Assembly: GCF_001447785.1 (NCBI RefSeq) | Contig: NW_015165859.1 | Span: 328,664-392,663, forward strand | Direction of reading: 5' to 3' | Length of the DNA stretch: 64,000 bases | DNA from: Gekko japonicus | Lineage: Eukaryota | In this document: positions 12,980 through 24,628 of the stretch, in pieces | Layout of the letters: each line of letters begins with the position of its first letter | How positions within the stretch are numbered: the stretch's first letter is position 1 | Notes under the pieces: generated by a model | Databases searched by the model: none | Told to the model about the DNA's origin: nothing | Seen by the model: the letters and a program-made list of their open reading frames with translations, nothing else | Program-made: the position numbers and the translations under genes

Positions 12980-13039
12980 GATGGGCTTTGTGAAGGTGTA
13001 TTCCTGTTCTGTTTGCATTTAAAACAAGCTGTTTCAGGA
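12980..13039. repeat. 60-bp segment that is an exact inverted copy of 15874-15933
   Basis: gatgggctttgtgaagg...gctgtttcagga is the reverse complement of tcctgaaacagc...cacaaagcccatc; the left copy is flanked by direct repeat AGGAGACGGGC (12961-12971, 13040-13050). Confidence 0.9.
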
Positions 13040-13054
13040 AGGAGACGGGCTGCC

Positions 13055-15270
13055 TGTTATGTACGTGGACCGCCTCCAGGGATCCGCGGACAGGCCAGAG
13101 CTTGGATCCGAAAACAAAGGAAACTTCGGATCCTGGATTCCCCAGCCCCAACCAATAGCCACCTTGGCTGGACATTTAAACCCTCCAATGGGAGTGGGGG
13201 GGTTGCTGGTGGATATGTATATAGTTGGCCCTGTTGGCCGTTAGAGTTAGTCTTTGTCTGTGTTAAGTACAATAAACGTATGCTACAGTATGTCGTCGTC
13301 CGAGTCCTCCATGCGGCGAACCCAGTACTTTTCAGTGGCGACGAAGGTGGGATCCCGCTGAGCCAGGCCTGGCTCGCATCCCAGTCCAGCACCGAGCAAC
13401 GTTCCAGCCAATGCGCCCGCCCCGCGAGTGCACGGCCTCAAGGAACCCCGCTCCTCGCTAATGCTGCGCTATGGCCTCTGCTCGGGGAAACTTGGAGACC
13501 TATGATCCAGCCCATCCTGAGCTCTGGGACTCGTGGACCGACCAATTGACGTGCCATTTAGCCTACAATGATGTATCCGATCTGGGTAAGAGACGGAACC
13601 TCCTCCTAAGCACATGTGGGGTGAATACCATCCGCCTCGCAAAGAGCCTCCTCGCACCTCGGTCAATCCTCGAGTGCTCGTACGAGGAGATCATCGACAC
13701 GCTAACCAGCTACCTCACACCCAGGCCAACCACCCTCGCCAAGCGCATCGAGTTCCAGACCCGGATCCAGAATACGGGAGAGACGGCAGCGGCTTTTCTG
13801 GCAGCCCTGCGGCAACTGGCCATGGGTTGCTCCTTCACGAAGGTAGAAGAGAATCTTCTGACGCAATTAGCGTGGGGCATCAGCGACCAGAAGCTGCGAA
13901 GAAGGTTGATCGGGACGGCCGACATCACGCTCGATGTTGCCCTCCAACTCTCATAAGAACATAAGAACATAAGAGATGCCAATGTTGGATCAGGCCAAAG
14001 GCCCATCCAGCCCAACACTCTGTATCCCACAGTGGCCAGAAATACCAGTGCCATCAGGAGGTCCACCAGTGGGGCCAGGACATTAGAAGCCCTCCCACTG
14101 TTGACCCCCCCCCCAAGCACCAAGATGACAGAGCATCACTTGCCCCAGAGTCCCTATCTATACCTTGTGGCTAATAGCCACTGATGGACCTCTGCTCCAT
14201 ATGCTTATCTAATTCCCTTTTGAAGCCGTCCATGCTTGTAGCCGCCACCACTTCCTGTGGCAGTGAATTCCATGTGTTAATCACTCTTTGGGTGAAGAAG
14301 TACTTCCTTTTATCCGTTCTAACCCGACCGCTCAGCAATTTTATGGAGTGCCCACGGGTTCTTGTATTGTGATCGCCCATCGCCCACGAGGCCTCGCACC
14401 GAGAGCGTCAGCCAGCGACAGCTCGCCTCGTACTCCCCGACTCAGGCCCTGAGAACTCGGAAGAGGAGGACATCCAGCTTGTCCGTCAGCCATCGCGTCG
14501 GAGGCCACTGGGTTCCGAGGCATCAGGATCAACCGGAAAATACACTGGGCAGCCCTTGTGCGCCAGCTGCGGCGAGGCAAACGAGCGCAAGTCTTGCCGG
14601 TTCTGCGATGCAACGTGCCACACCTGTGGGAAACAAGGCCATCTCGCTCGTGTCTGCTGGTCAAAGAGAAGCAGGTACCAGCAGCCTTCCACGCAGCCAC
14701 ACCGCCTGGCCACCAAATCCCATGAGATGGATGCAGAGACGTCCGACCTCTGCCTCCTCACGGACCGGCCATCACTGTAGGTACTCCGCCTCCCGAAAGT
14801 AGAGCCTACCCCGAAGATCCAACTAACCGTACGGATCGAAGGGTCCCCCTGCACAATGGAAGTGGACTCGGGGTCTGCAGTGTCCATTATTTCCGTGGAC
14901 ATGCTACGCAGACTTTGCCCAAATGGGGGACCCTGCTTGCGCCCGCCCCACTTGAACTTGGTAGACTTCCAAAGGAACCTGGTTCCTATACGGGGAGTTG
15001 GGTCGTTCCGGGTACAGTTCCAGGGGTTCGAGGGACTGTTGGACTTGATTGTAGTCGAGGGAAATCTGGTCAGTCTGCTGGGAAGGGCCTGGTTCGCACC
15101 GCTGGGCATCACAGTCGGGGTCGGGGGAGTGCTTAAATGCGGGGTGAGAGACTTTGCAGAGATTTGCGGAGAGTTCCCGGCCGTTTTCGATGGGGCTTTG
15201 GGTTGCTACAAGGGCCCCCCAGTTTCCTTACAGTTAGACCCCAAGGTGGCCCCAATCCGAGTTTCAGGTA
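13055..15270 (+). mobile_element. Ty3/Gypsy element (K02A2.6/Mag-like): 5' LTR, PBS, gag with zinc knuckles, protease; truncated before RT
   Basis: LTR 13055-13334 (TGTT...TTCA); PBS TGGCGACGAAGGTGGGAT at 13336-13353; gag ORF 13471..13956; CASCGE and CHTCGKQGHLARVC knuckles; protease MEVDSGSAVSI. Confidence 0.9.
13952..14372 (-). mobile_element. 5'-truncated CR1 LINE inserted into Gypsy gag
   Basis: CR1 ORF2 C-terminus TRGHSIKL..RTDKRKYFFTQRVINTWNSLP..FKRELDKHM; (TTCTTATG)n 3' tail. Confidence 0.9.
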
Positions 15271-18200
15271 GGTAGTACTCTTTTCTAGGTTTTTTTTAAT
15301 GCGCTGTTTCACCCGGAAAAGACGGATTGGGGATGGGTGCGCTCCGCTTCCCAGATGTTGCGGTGTGCTTGCGCCCATTTGATGCGCCCCCGATCCGTCC
15401 CTCTTGCGGGGCAAAACCTCCCGTGTGACCGGGGCCCCAGTAACCACAGAGTGGGCCAATCACATGGCACTCTCTGGGAGGGAAGGAAGTGATCAAGTCT
15501 GCAAGAGTCATGTGGATAGAGACATCTGGGTGGATAGATACATCAGTCACATGTGCTCTGCTGTGATGTAGGAGCAAGGTTCCCCCCCCCCCCATTGTCG
15601 AAGGTGCATGTGAAGTGATTCTGATCAGAAAATCGGGAGATCGAATATGTAGGTCCCCCATTCACATGGCCACCACAGCAAGGGAGCAAGATGGATTTCT
15701 GTGGGGTCATCCATCTAAGAAGGGAGGGAGGTCTCAGGTAAAGCCAGCTCTGAGTTGAGAGGCAGCAAAGCAGAAACATTGGAGGTGGAGATGAAAACAG
15801 AACCCGACACTAATTGTTCACTGAAAGATGATTCCTCTTGAACTCCCTGAGGCTAACTCAGCTGAGGCCTGCGTCCTGAAACAGCTTGTTTTAAATGCAA
15901 ACAGAACAGGAATACACCTTCACAAAGCCCATCGGCATGTTACAGAAGAGAAGGGGGAAATGCTCACAAACAGGCAATGTCTGATTTAGAGATTCTGACT
16001 CACTCATACACTTGTCAAAATGCATGAATTTGGATAGAGCTATCAAAGTTGTGTGTGTGTGTGTGAATCCCAGGCCTAAGAAATCAGCACTGGATGCGAC
16101 AAAGGAGGGACAGGTCTTAACTACGTTTGTTCAGCAGTGTGCTTTACAGCAGCATCACAGCAATTTTATAACACTGGGATTCAGCAAGACATGGGGGTTT
16201 TCCCACACCTAGATGATCTCATGTGGTTTCCCCTGTTGCTGCTGTGGCTGCTGATTCAGTGAAGCAGCAATGAGGCTTCTACATGGTGGCTTTCACCATG
16301 TTTTCCCTGCCTTAGTTCCCCACAACCACAATTTTCTACCACGTTATAACATAATGCTATAGCAATTTATTGCCAGTCTTCCGTCCCCAGTTTTCATTTT
16401 TTGCAAGTTAGTCTCTAGACATTATGTAGTTATAAAAGGAAAGGTGCGAACTACTTTTACCTTCACAATAAAAAAAGTGATACAGACTTGCTTTAAAAAC
16501 AAAAACAAAATGTTGGGAATTAGTATATTGTTGCAGAAGATATTTATAATGCTATAGCAATTTAGCAATCCCATTTACAAGGAAAGCCCTTCTGTGGGGT
16601 GGAATGGTTTTGATGTGAGTGGGACCACAAAAACTCTGTAGTTTCTCATCTGTTTCAATCCTTTTGGGGGGGGAACCAGAATAAAGCAAATTTTGAAAAG
16701 AACGCAGAAAAACTTGGGAAAGTGCAGGAAGTATACAAAAGCACCATGATACTACAGGGAAGCAAGAGGAAAGAACATGTTTCTCAATAGCATCCATGCT
16801 GGGGCAAAGAACCGGTGTGTAAGACCCCATGTGCTGCTTTCAGGGAGGAGCCAGTTGCAGTGCTCCATCTGCTAAGACACAGTAGGAGTTTACAAGTTGG
16901 AATAAAGTAAGGCTGCCTTCACATCCAACAGTTGCACATCATTTCTCTAGCACAGTGTCCAAGATGGATGCAACCCAAGCGTTTTTGTTGTTTGATTAAG
17001 CCAGTATAAATTTTGTCCTGGATCTTCAAGGTCGCTTTTTGTACATAAATTGTTCCATATGCATCTCTAAAATTCTGTCCACTTTTGCCACAACACAGTA
17101 GGATATACAAAAGGTATACCTTCATTTAAGGTATACCCTAAATAAGGGTACACAAAGTTCAGGGCAAGAGGTGGATTTTAACACTTTCTCAAGTATATTT
17201 TCCAAAGAGGATGGTGCCCATCTGTGCCCCACCAGGCACACATTCTAGGCATACAGCATGTATACAGCCCTCATACATGACAAAATATGCCCAACATAAC
17301 TCTTTCACACAAACATGTTTGAATGCAGGAAATAACCTCTAATGTCAAACTCCCACATATCTAGCCTCATACACTCAGTCCTGCTCCATAATAACACTTA
17401 GCATTTCTGTAGTGTTTTAGAAGATCTAGAGTACTTTATATGCATTATCTTGCAATCCTTACAACAGTCTTGCAAGGTAGGACGAGATTCAGTGTGGTGT
17501 AGTAGTTAGAACATGAGGACTCAACTATGTGAAACACAAGAGCTCCCATGCACAGAGCTTCCTATGGCTTTTTCCTGTAAAATTCAGGTGCACAGGGGCC
17601 TAGTTCCAATCAGGAAAACTGTTTGGTTATGGGGGTTAAGCCTCGCCCTCTTGCTGCTTTCCCATCTGGAAATGGCCCCAAGGAACCAGCAGGGCAAAGC
17701 AGTGGCTTTTCAAGGCTGTTTAAGGTCACAAAAAATTCTGCAAGTGGAAGGCTTAACTCCTCCTCCCTACGCCACAGTTTCACTCTGAATTAGGCCTCTT
17801 GTGTACCTGATTTTTAGAGAAAAAACACAGAGAGCTCCTTTCACAGAACTTCTGCCAGCCCTTGGAGTTCAACCTTTAAGAATAGGAGGGGGAGAGACCC
17901 AGGTTTAAATCCCGTGCTGCCGTGAAGCTTACAAGGTGACCTGTCATGCTCTCTCTATGTAACATCCCTCACAAGGCTGTTGTGAAGACAAAAGGGAGAA
18001 CCCATTTGCTGCCTGAATTTGATGGAAGGAACAGTGGGATAGAAACCTGACAAGTGATACTTGGGTTTACACCAATTCAGACCATACTACATTCACGTAC
18101 TGACCTTTGAGAGCATCCCTTATTGGAACAGCCAAGCACCTAAAGACAAATCATTTTCAGTTCTGTACTTGAAGGTCTAGTCCCTGCCCCTAGAGATGAT

Positions 18201-18285
18201 GACATCGCATGCTACAGCCTGCTGGGCGGGGGTGGGTGGGAAGACTTCCATTCCAGGGTCTGGCCCTGATGGTGCACTACCTAAA

Positions 18286-18866
18286 TCTATATATCTAATT
18301 CCCAACATGCCCCCTCTGTGCGGATATCTAAATCCACACATCGGGGGCACTTGGGGGGGCAGGGAGATTTCCCTGCACATTTGGGGCAATACCAAGATGT
18401 GCAGAAAAATCTGAAAACTTGGGAAAAAATATACGGGGGATATTTAAATATTAAAATCCCCCCCAAAAGTACAGCTGCCACCGCCATGGAGGGATAGGGG
18501 GTGGGAGAAGGCTTGGGCGACCGGCTGGCGGCTGTAAGCTGCTCAGCCCTCACCACCGCTGGGGGGGGGGAAAGTTTAGCGGGCTGAGCTCAGGCCTCAC
18601 TGCCGCCGCCGCCGCCACTGGGGGGAAGGGGGAGCGGGAGAAAGCTTGGCGGGCCGGCCAGTCCTCGCCACTGCCACCGTGGGGGGGGGAGGGAGAAAGT
18701 TCGGCGGGCCAAGTTCAGGCCTCACCACCAGTGCTGGGGGGGGAGGGAGAAGGCTTGGAGGGGCGCGGGCCTCACTGTGGGTGCCGGGGTCGGGGGGAGG
18801 GGAGAAGGCTCACCTGCGGCTGCTTCCTTCTCCCCCCCCCGCGTGTATCGCAGGTCCCCTTTCTTG
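18286..18866 (+). mobile_element. Non-autonomous Helitron-like element
   Basis: 5' TCTATATA, 3' CCCGCG-N5-CGCAGG hairpin followed by TCCCCTTTCTTG; inserted between A and T with no TSD; related to 58193-58598. Confidence 0.7.
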
Positions 18867-19098
18867 TTAATCCTAATTACTACTGTCATAGTCTCCTGCT
18901 ATACGCACATGCTAAATTCACACAGAAATACATCCCGACCCCATGCATGTGCAACTTACGCAAGAATGTGCGGATACTCTTAAACACACACAAGGGCATC
19001 ACTGCACACCCTTTTTAAAGGGGGGGGAAGCCATCTAGCGGAATGCAAGCATGGGGTGCCAACTGTCCAGCCTCCCCAGGCCGTCCCCCTGGACTCAC

Positions 19099-19195
19099 CT
19101 TCTACGGACTTTTTGCTCTTGGCTCCTCTTCTTTCTCTCGCCACATCCATCCTGGGGGTCTCTCGTGCCCACCACACTTGGCCCATCCTCTCCAT
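19099..19195 (-). CDS. Candidate first coding exon (ATG to phase 1) of the unidentified gene; MERMGQVWWARETPRMDVARERRGAKSKKSVE
   Basis: ATG in strong Kozak context (acaATGG), donor AAG|gtgagt; the frame stays open upstream to 19621 (possible acceptor ctgtctctctag), so the true start is uncertain. Confidence 0.45.
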
Positions 19196-19797
19196 TGTCT
19201 TGCCGCCCGAGGCTTCCTTTGTTCTTAGAGAAAAGGCGAGAAAGTCTCCTCCCGAGTCCCTCTTTCTGTGGACAGCGTACCTGACCTTCAGTCCTGAGGG
19301 CCATTTCGAATGGCAGGGGAAAGAGCCACCAGAGGAGGGTGAGCTGAAACGGTTGTTCTTTGCACATCCACCTGGCAAGCAAACCTCATTCCTTTCTTTC
19401 CATGGCCAGAAGCACATTAGTTTTATCTGCACTTTCCTTGGCCTCAGAGCTCCCACGGCTGCCTGGGAGGATCCGGGTGTGGAGGGTGCGGCACCCGCCT
19501 GACAGATCTCAACCTGACACTTTGGGAAAGGCGAAACAGCAAAGTGACCGGTTGGAGAACTAGCTAGTGAGGGATTGGCTGATAGTCTGGAGGCTTGGCT
19601 CCAGGAGTGCACACCTAGGGCCTAGAGAGACAGGTGGGTATTGTAGCTGCAACGGACTTTGGCGTTCAGGTAATCGTAGGGATAGGAAATGGGGATGAGG
19701 TAACTGGCACGCTCCAGCAAAAGCTGCTGGGCACCTGAGAGCAAATCAAAACAGACCTGGCAACCTGAGCCTCAGAAGGGGGAGTGTCTGGGACTTG

Positions 19798-20055
19798 TTT
19801 AAATAGCAGGGAGAGGTGTGGGGCTGAAATCAGCAGAGCACAACTACCAGACAGACAGCGGTTTGCCAACCCTAACCCTGGTCATAGGTCTGGTTTCCCC
19901 CCTTTATCATGCACTGCAGCTGTTTTTTTTTCCCCTGGTCAAGGAGAAACATGGGGGCAAGAAGCTTTTTGTTGTGAACAGGCAGGGGTCATTTCCTGCA
20001 GGAGTGCACAGGGAAGGAGCTCTGGCAGTAAAGAGCCCAGGGGGCGGGCACGTGC
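19798..20055 (-). promoter_or_regulatory. Candidate promoter of the unidentified gene
   Basis: TATTTAAA on minus at 19805-19798; GC box plus E-box GGGGCGGGCACGTG at about 20041-20054. Confidence 0.25.
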
Positions 20056-21211
20056 AACAAGTCCCACCCCCTGCTCCCAGCAGCCCTCAGTCAGAGCAAG
20101 AAGCAGCCAGGTAAGCTGCAGAGCTCCCCCCGGCCCCCCGGTTCAAAACAGTCCAGTGGCACCTTTAAGACCAAGTTTTATTCAGGTACAAGCTCTCCCT
20201 CCTCTGTGAGGACAGATCTGCACGTCCCCCCCCCCCCCAATAGCTAGCAATCCAAAACAGTCCAGTGGAGCCTGAGCGGTGGGTGTTGCCTTCTGACACA
20301 CTTCCGGTGATGTCAGGGGGTGTGACATAGGCAAATGAGTTATGCAAATGAGCTCCTGCACCTCTTTTTCTACAAAACGACCCCTGGTAAACAACCACCA
20401 ATAATTGGGACAGAGCTCTTTTAACCCTTGCCTAGCTCCAAATACACCCAGTGCTAAAAATTGTAAAAGTTGCTAACTTCTGTAATTTGAGTATGTATAT
20501 CTCACTTATTCATAAGAGCACCCTCCGATTTCATACTTTCTTATTTCCTAAGAAAATAGGGATTGCATTCTGCAACTGTAAATATGTTCCAGGCTGCCAC
20601 CAGTAGCCACCCCCACCCCCAATTGGGAAGAAGTGTGTGAAAGGGGAAAGTTACTGGCCCCAGCCTAGCATTTATTTTGTCATCTAATTTATGTTCTATT
20701 TACTATTTTGAACTATTTCGGCTGAGAGGTTGTTTTACAGAGCAATCCTAAGGGGCAGGCAGAATCAGAACAGGGACCCAACTGACCCCCATGCCAGTCT
20801 AACTCAAAGTTATGCTGGCATAAGGGCTGTTTACTGGGGTGAAGGGCACGAGTGGTACTGCAGTGCTCAGTTCCACCAGGGCAGGTGCACTGCAGCCACA
20901 CGCCAGAGGAGTGATGGCACAAACCCCGCCACCAGCGTAGATGTGGGGGTTCCATGGAGTGCGGCACCAGTCAGGCAGCTTCCAAAGTGGTTTCAATATG
21001 GGAATGGCCCCCAGAACAGGCACAAAGCTTCCCTGGCAAAAAGGCTGGCATTGCCCATTGGTGGCCATAGAAACTGCAAATTCACTATCCCCCGACACAG
21101 CTGCAGCCATGCCCACAGGAATCCAAGCACTTCAGGATACCAACTAAGTGTGCACCCAATCCTCCTCAGCACCCAATCACAGTTCCAGGATGTTGTCCCA
21201 CAACTCCAGAC

Positions 21212-21417
21212 CAATGTTCCCTCTAAGCTGTAGAGTCTTGTGAGCAAATATTCTACTTCGTGAGCTACTGGCATTAAAGTTGTGAGCGAGCAGTTTGGCT
21301 ACTGCATAAATTACTTTGCTCTGGAGCCATCCTTCCTGAGCTAAGACAAAAATGTGTGAGCCATAGGCTAAAAAACAGTGAGCTAGCTCACACTAACTCA
21401 GCTTACAGGGAACCCTG
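21212..21417. mobile_element. hAT MITE (~205 bp, CAGTGTTCCCTCTAAGCTG-TIR family)
   Basis: TIRs and perfect 8-bp TSD CTCCAGAC (21204-21211, 21418-21425). Confidence 0.85.
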
Positions 21418-22037
21418 CTCCAGACGTAGGGCGTGTGGCACGGAATGCTGTCTGACAACTCCCTGCAATGTGGGCTTAGAGTGAGGACATGTGTACCTGA
21501 GTGGCAGGCAAAACACAGATAGGGCATCTAGCACTGCTGGGCGAGCACTTGGGGGGAACACACCACAGGGAGAGCAAAGTCCACACTCTGTGTCTGACTT
21601 CTCCCAATTTTAGTCCGCACAGGTACATCAGGTCCTCTGCTGGTATCCCAAGGGGCAGCCATGTATGAACAAGTAAGCAAGGTTCCCATCACCCAATCCC
21701 CATGCCTCCCCAGTGGCAATGGGCTGCACTGAACACAATGTCTCCCCCCCCCCGAACTCAGCAGCAGAGGGGGTGAGCAACAGGGCCCCAGGTGCACATG
21801 GATCCCACGCACCAGGCGGTTAGGTGTCTCGAGGCCCACCTGAGGCAGCTGCTGGGGTAGGGGGTGGTAGTGACACCTGTGGCTGCTCACCTCACTAGTT
21901 GGTAACACCCTCCCTGCACAAAACCCAGTGACAAGCGGTGAGCCCTCCAAGCTATGTGTTGTGCGATTCCATATGATGGCCAAACCCTTTCCCTTCTAGT
22001 ACCAGAATGTCCTAACATTGCTGGCTAACTGAGAGAT

Positions 22038-22664
22038 TGGTTCATGAACCGAACCAGTTATTATAAGTTTGTGAGCCATTTAAAGTTTAGATCCTTGCTT
22101 TCTGCTCCCCAAGAAAAACAGCAGGAAGCAGGGGTTTAAATGGCTCCAAGCCAATTTAATCACTGCTTTCTGTTCCCTGTAAAAAGCTAGGCTTTCTTTC
22201 TGCTCACCATAGCTTTTGGTGACAAGCAAAAGGGAGGGGGGTGAAATGTCTGGGAGACAGTTCATCCCCTGCTTTCTGCTGGCTGGGAAAAGCCGTGGCC
22301 AGCAGAAAGCTGGGGGTGAAATGGCTCCAAGCCATTTAAACTCCTACTTTCTGCTCCCCCCAGCTTTTCATAAACAGCAGAAAGCAGTAGTTAAAAAGGC
22401 TCCAAGCCATTCAAACCAAGCAGCTGAGTGGCGGGGATTTTCCACTGCTCAGCTGTTTCTTGTGAAGAGTGGATAGCAGGGGTTTAAATGGCTCAGAGCC
22501 ACTTAAACCCCTGCTTTCTGGTCTTCATTAACCGTCATCAACTGCATCAAAATCCATGGAAGCTAGTGGCAGCTCTTCAGTTCACAAACATGGGTTCACA
22601 AACCATGAACCAGCCAAAATTCGTGACGATCTTTAGTTTGTGCGTCTGTTTGTGCCCATCCCTA
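22038..22664. mobile_element. Non-autonomous DNA transposon (TAGGGATGGGC end) with internal repeats
   Basis: Ends GTGCCCATCCCTA; repeated AGCAGGGGTTTAAATGGCTC units; related copy at about 52920-53244. Confidence 0.5.
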
Positions 22665-24083
22665 CTGATGGGTGCCAGGTCCCCCTCCTCGGTGGAGAAG
22701 TACACATGCTCCTGAAGGTGTGCCAGCCTGGCATCCAGAAAGCTGTGCAGGCAGCAGCTAGCCGAGGACCAGGACACCTCGAGGACATCCACCACACACC
22801 CCTAGAAGGAGACAGTGGCCAGGAACTTCATGGAGAGCAGGATCTTCTGCATGGCGTGGGGAGCAGGAGCTTGGCCCTGGAGGGCTGGCCAAAGTTCCTC
22901 ACACAGGGCCTGGATGGTGGCTCTGTCTAGGCAAAACCAATTGAGGCGGGTGCTGTCCAACAGACAGAGAGCGCTGATGCAAGAGTGCTGATGCAAGTTC
23001 GGTACCAGCAGGCCCGGTGCCTGTTCTGCCGCTGCCGTGCCACCAAGACCTACAGTGCTGGTAGCAAGTGAATGTGGTGAACCACTATCATGGGTGACAA
23101 GCGCAGGAGGAGGCACCATCCCGTCTGTGGCTGGCTGGGCCCTGCGGAAAGAGGGGACAATGTTCACGAAGGTGAAGGGCAGCCAGAGCCACAGTCATTC
23201 GTTCAGCTGGCACCCTTCCCACCCACCCCAGACACTACATATTCCCTCTCTCAGCAGCTCAGTGCCCGATTCCTGCAGCTCCCTCCTGTCGGGTGAAGGC
23301 CATGGTGGGAGCATGGGGGTGGGTTGGTGTCTTCCCATGGTGAGGTGGCCCACCTCTGCATTCCCCTCTGTGTGGGTGGTGTGGCTGCTCCAACATCTCA
23401 TGGTGGGGAAGGCCACCCCCAGCCTAACTGAACCAAGGCTGAGAAGGCACCGCTGTACAAGTCGGTGATGGAGCATGCGAGCGTTGTCCTTGCCACCACC
23501 AGGTGCAGCTCCACCACCTCCTGGTGATGTGCCTTCTGGTGCATGGCCACAGAATGAGAGTCTTCCCTGGAACATGTCATCCGGGTGGAGATGTTCACTC
23601 TGAAGTGCTGGAACGATGCCTTCGGTCCTGCTTGGAAGCACATCCAAGCCCTCATGGGCAAAGGTGTCCATTACAAGCAGACGGTGGAGGAGGATCTGCC
23701 CAGAGCAGAGGCTGTCATGCGGGTAGTGATACCCCCGTGGTGGTGGGTGGCTGTGGCATTGAAGTCCTGTGCACTGATTGCAATGCTTCTCTCCCCCCCC
23801 CCCCCCGGTCCCTATTCCCTGACGTTCACATGGACCACCTACGCACCCTGACCCGATGGAAGTGTACAGCAAAAGCAGTCTCCCTGGTCCTACAGCCCCT
23901 GGGCAACACGGGGTCCCCATACCTGGCAGACTCAATGTCTTTGGATGGCAGTGGCCCTGCCCTGGCAGACAGAGGGCAAGGCAGGGGTGGTGGTCACAAG
24001 GCAGGAGCCCTTAAGCCAGGCATTGTGGCTGCTGGTGGCCTGGTGCAGGGAGAGGACTCGGGCCCATGGTCAGCATAGCCCAT

Positions 24084-24628
24084 CATAAGAACATAAGAGA
24101 TGCTAATGTTGGATCAGGCCAAAGGCCCATCCAGTCCAACACTCTGTATCACACAGTGGCCAGAAATACCAGGTGCCATCAGGAGGTCCACCAGTGGGGC
24201 CAGGACATTAGAAGCCCTCCGTCTGTTGACCCCCCCCCCCCAGCACCAAAAAGACAGAGAATCACTTGCCCCAGAGCCCCTAGCTATACCTTGTGGCTAA
24301 TAGCCACTGATGGACCTCTGCTCCATATGCTTATCTAATTCCCTTTTGAAGCCGTCCATGCTTGTAGCCGCCACCACTTCATGTGGCAGTGAATTCCATG
24401 TGTGAATCACTCTTTGGGTGAGGAAGTACTTCCTTTTATCCGTTCTAACCCGACCGCTCAGCAATTTCATGGAGTGCCCACGAGTTCTTGTATTGTGAGA
24501 AAGGGAGAAAAGCACCTCTTTCTCTACCTGCTCTTCCCCATGCATAATCTTATAAACCTCAATCATGTCACCCCTCAGTCGTCATTTCTCCAAGCTAAAG
24601 AGCCCTAAGCGCCTTAACCTTTCCTCAT
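24084..24628 (-). mobile_element. 5'-truncated CR1 LINE
   Basis: EERLRRLGLFSLEK, MIEVYKIMHG..TRGHSMKL..WNSLP; same family as 13952-14372. Confidence 0.9.

Larger units (their letters stand above)
12739..15437. mobile_element. PIF/Harbinger-type MITE interrupted by a Gypsy insertion
   Basis: TIR GGCCCCGGTCACACGGG at 12740-12756 and its reverse complement at 15420-15436; flanked by caa/cag (3-bp TSD-like). Confidence 0.65.

Noticed and set aside
12980-15933. 60-bp inverted repeats as TIRs of a 2.9-kb DNA transposon
   Set aside because: They straddle the end of a Harbinger MITE, share no TSD, and the left copy has its own flanking duplication
19224-19280. Small intron (gtacgc...ctaag) upstream of the candidate ATG
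   Set aside because: 57 nt is below typical vertebrate intron length
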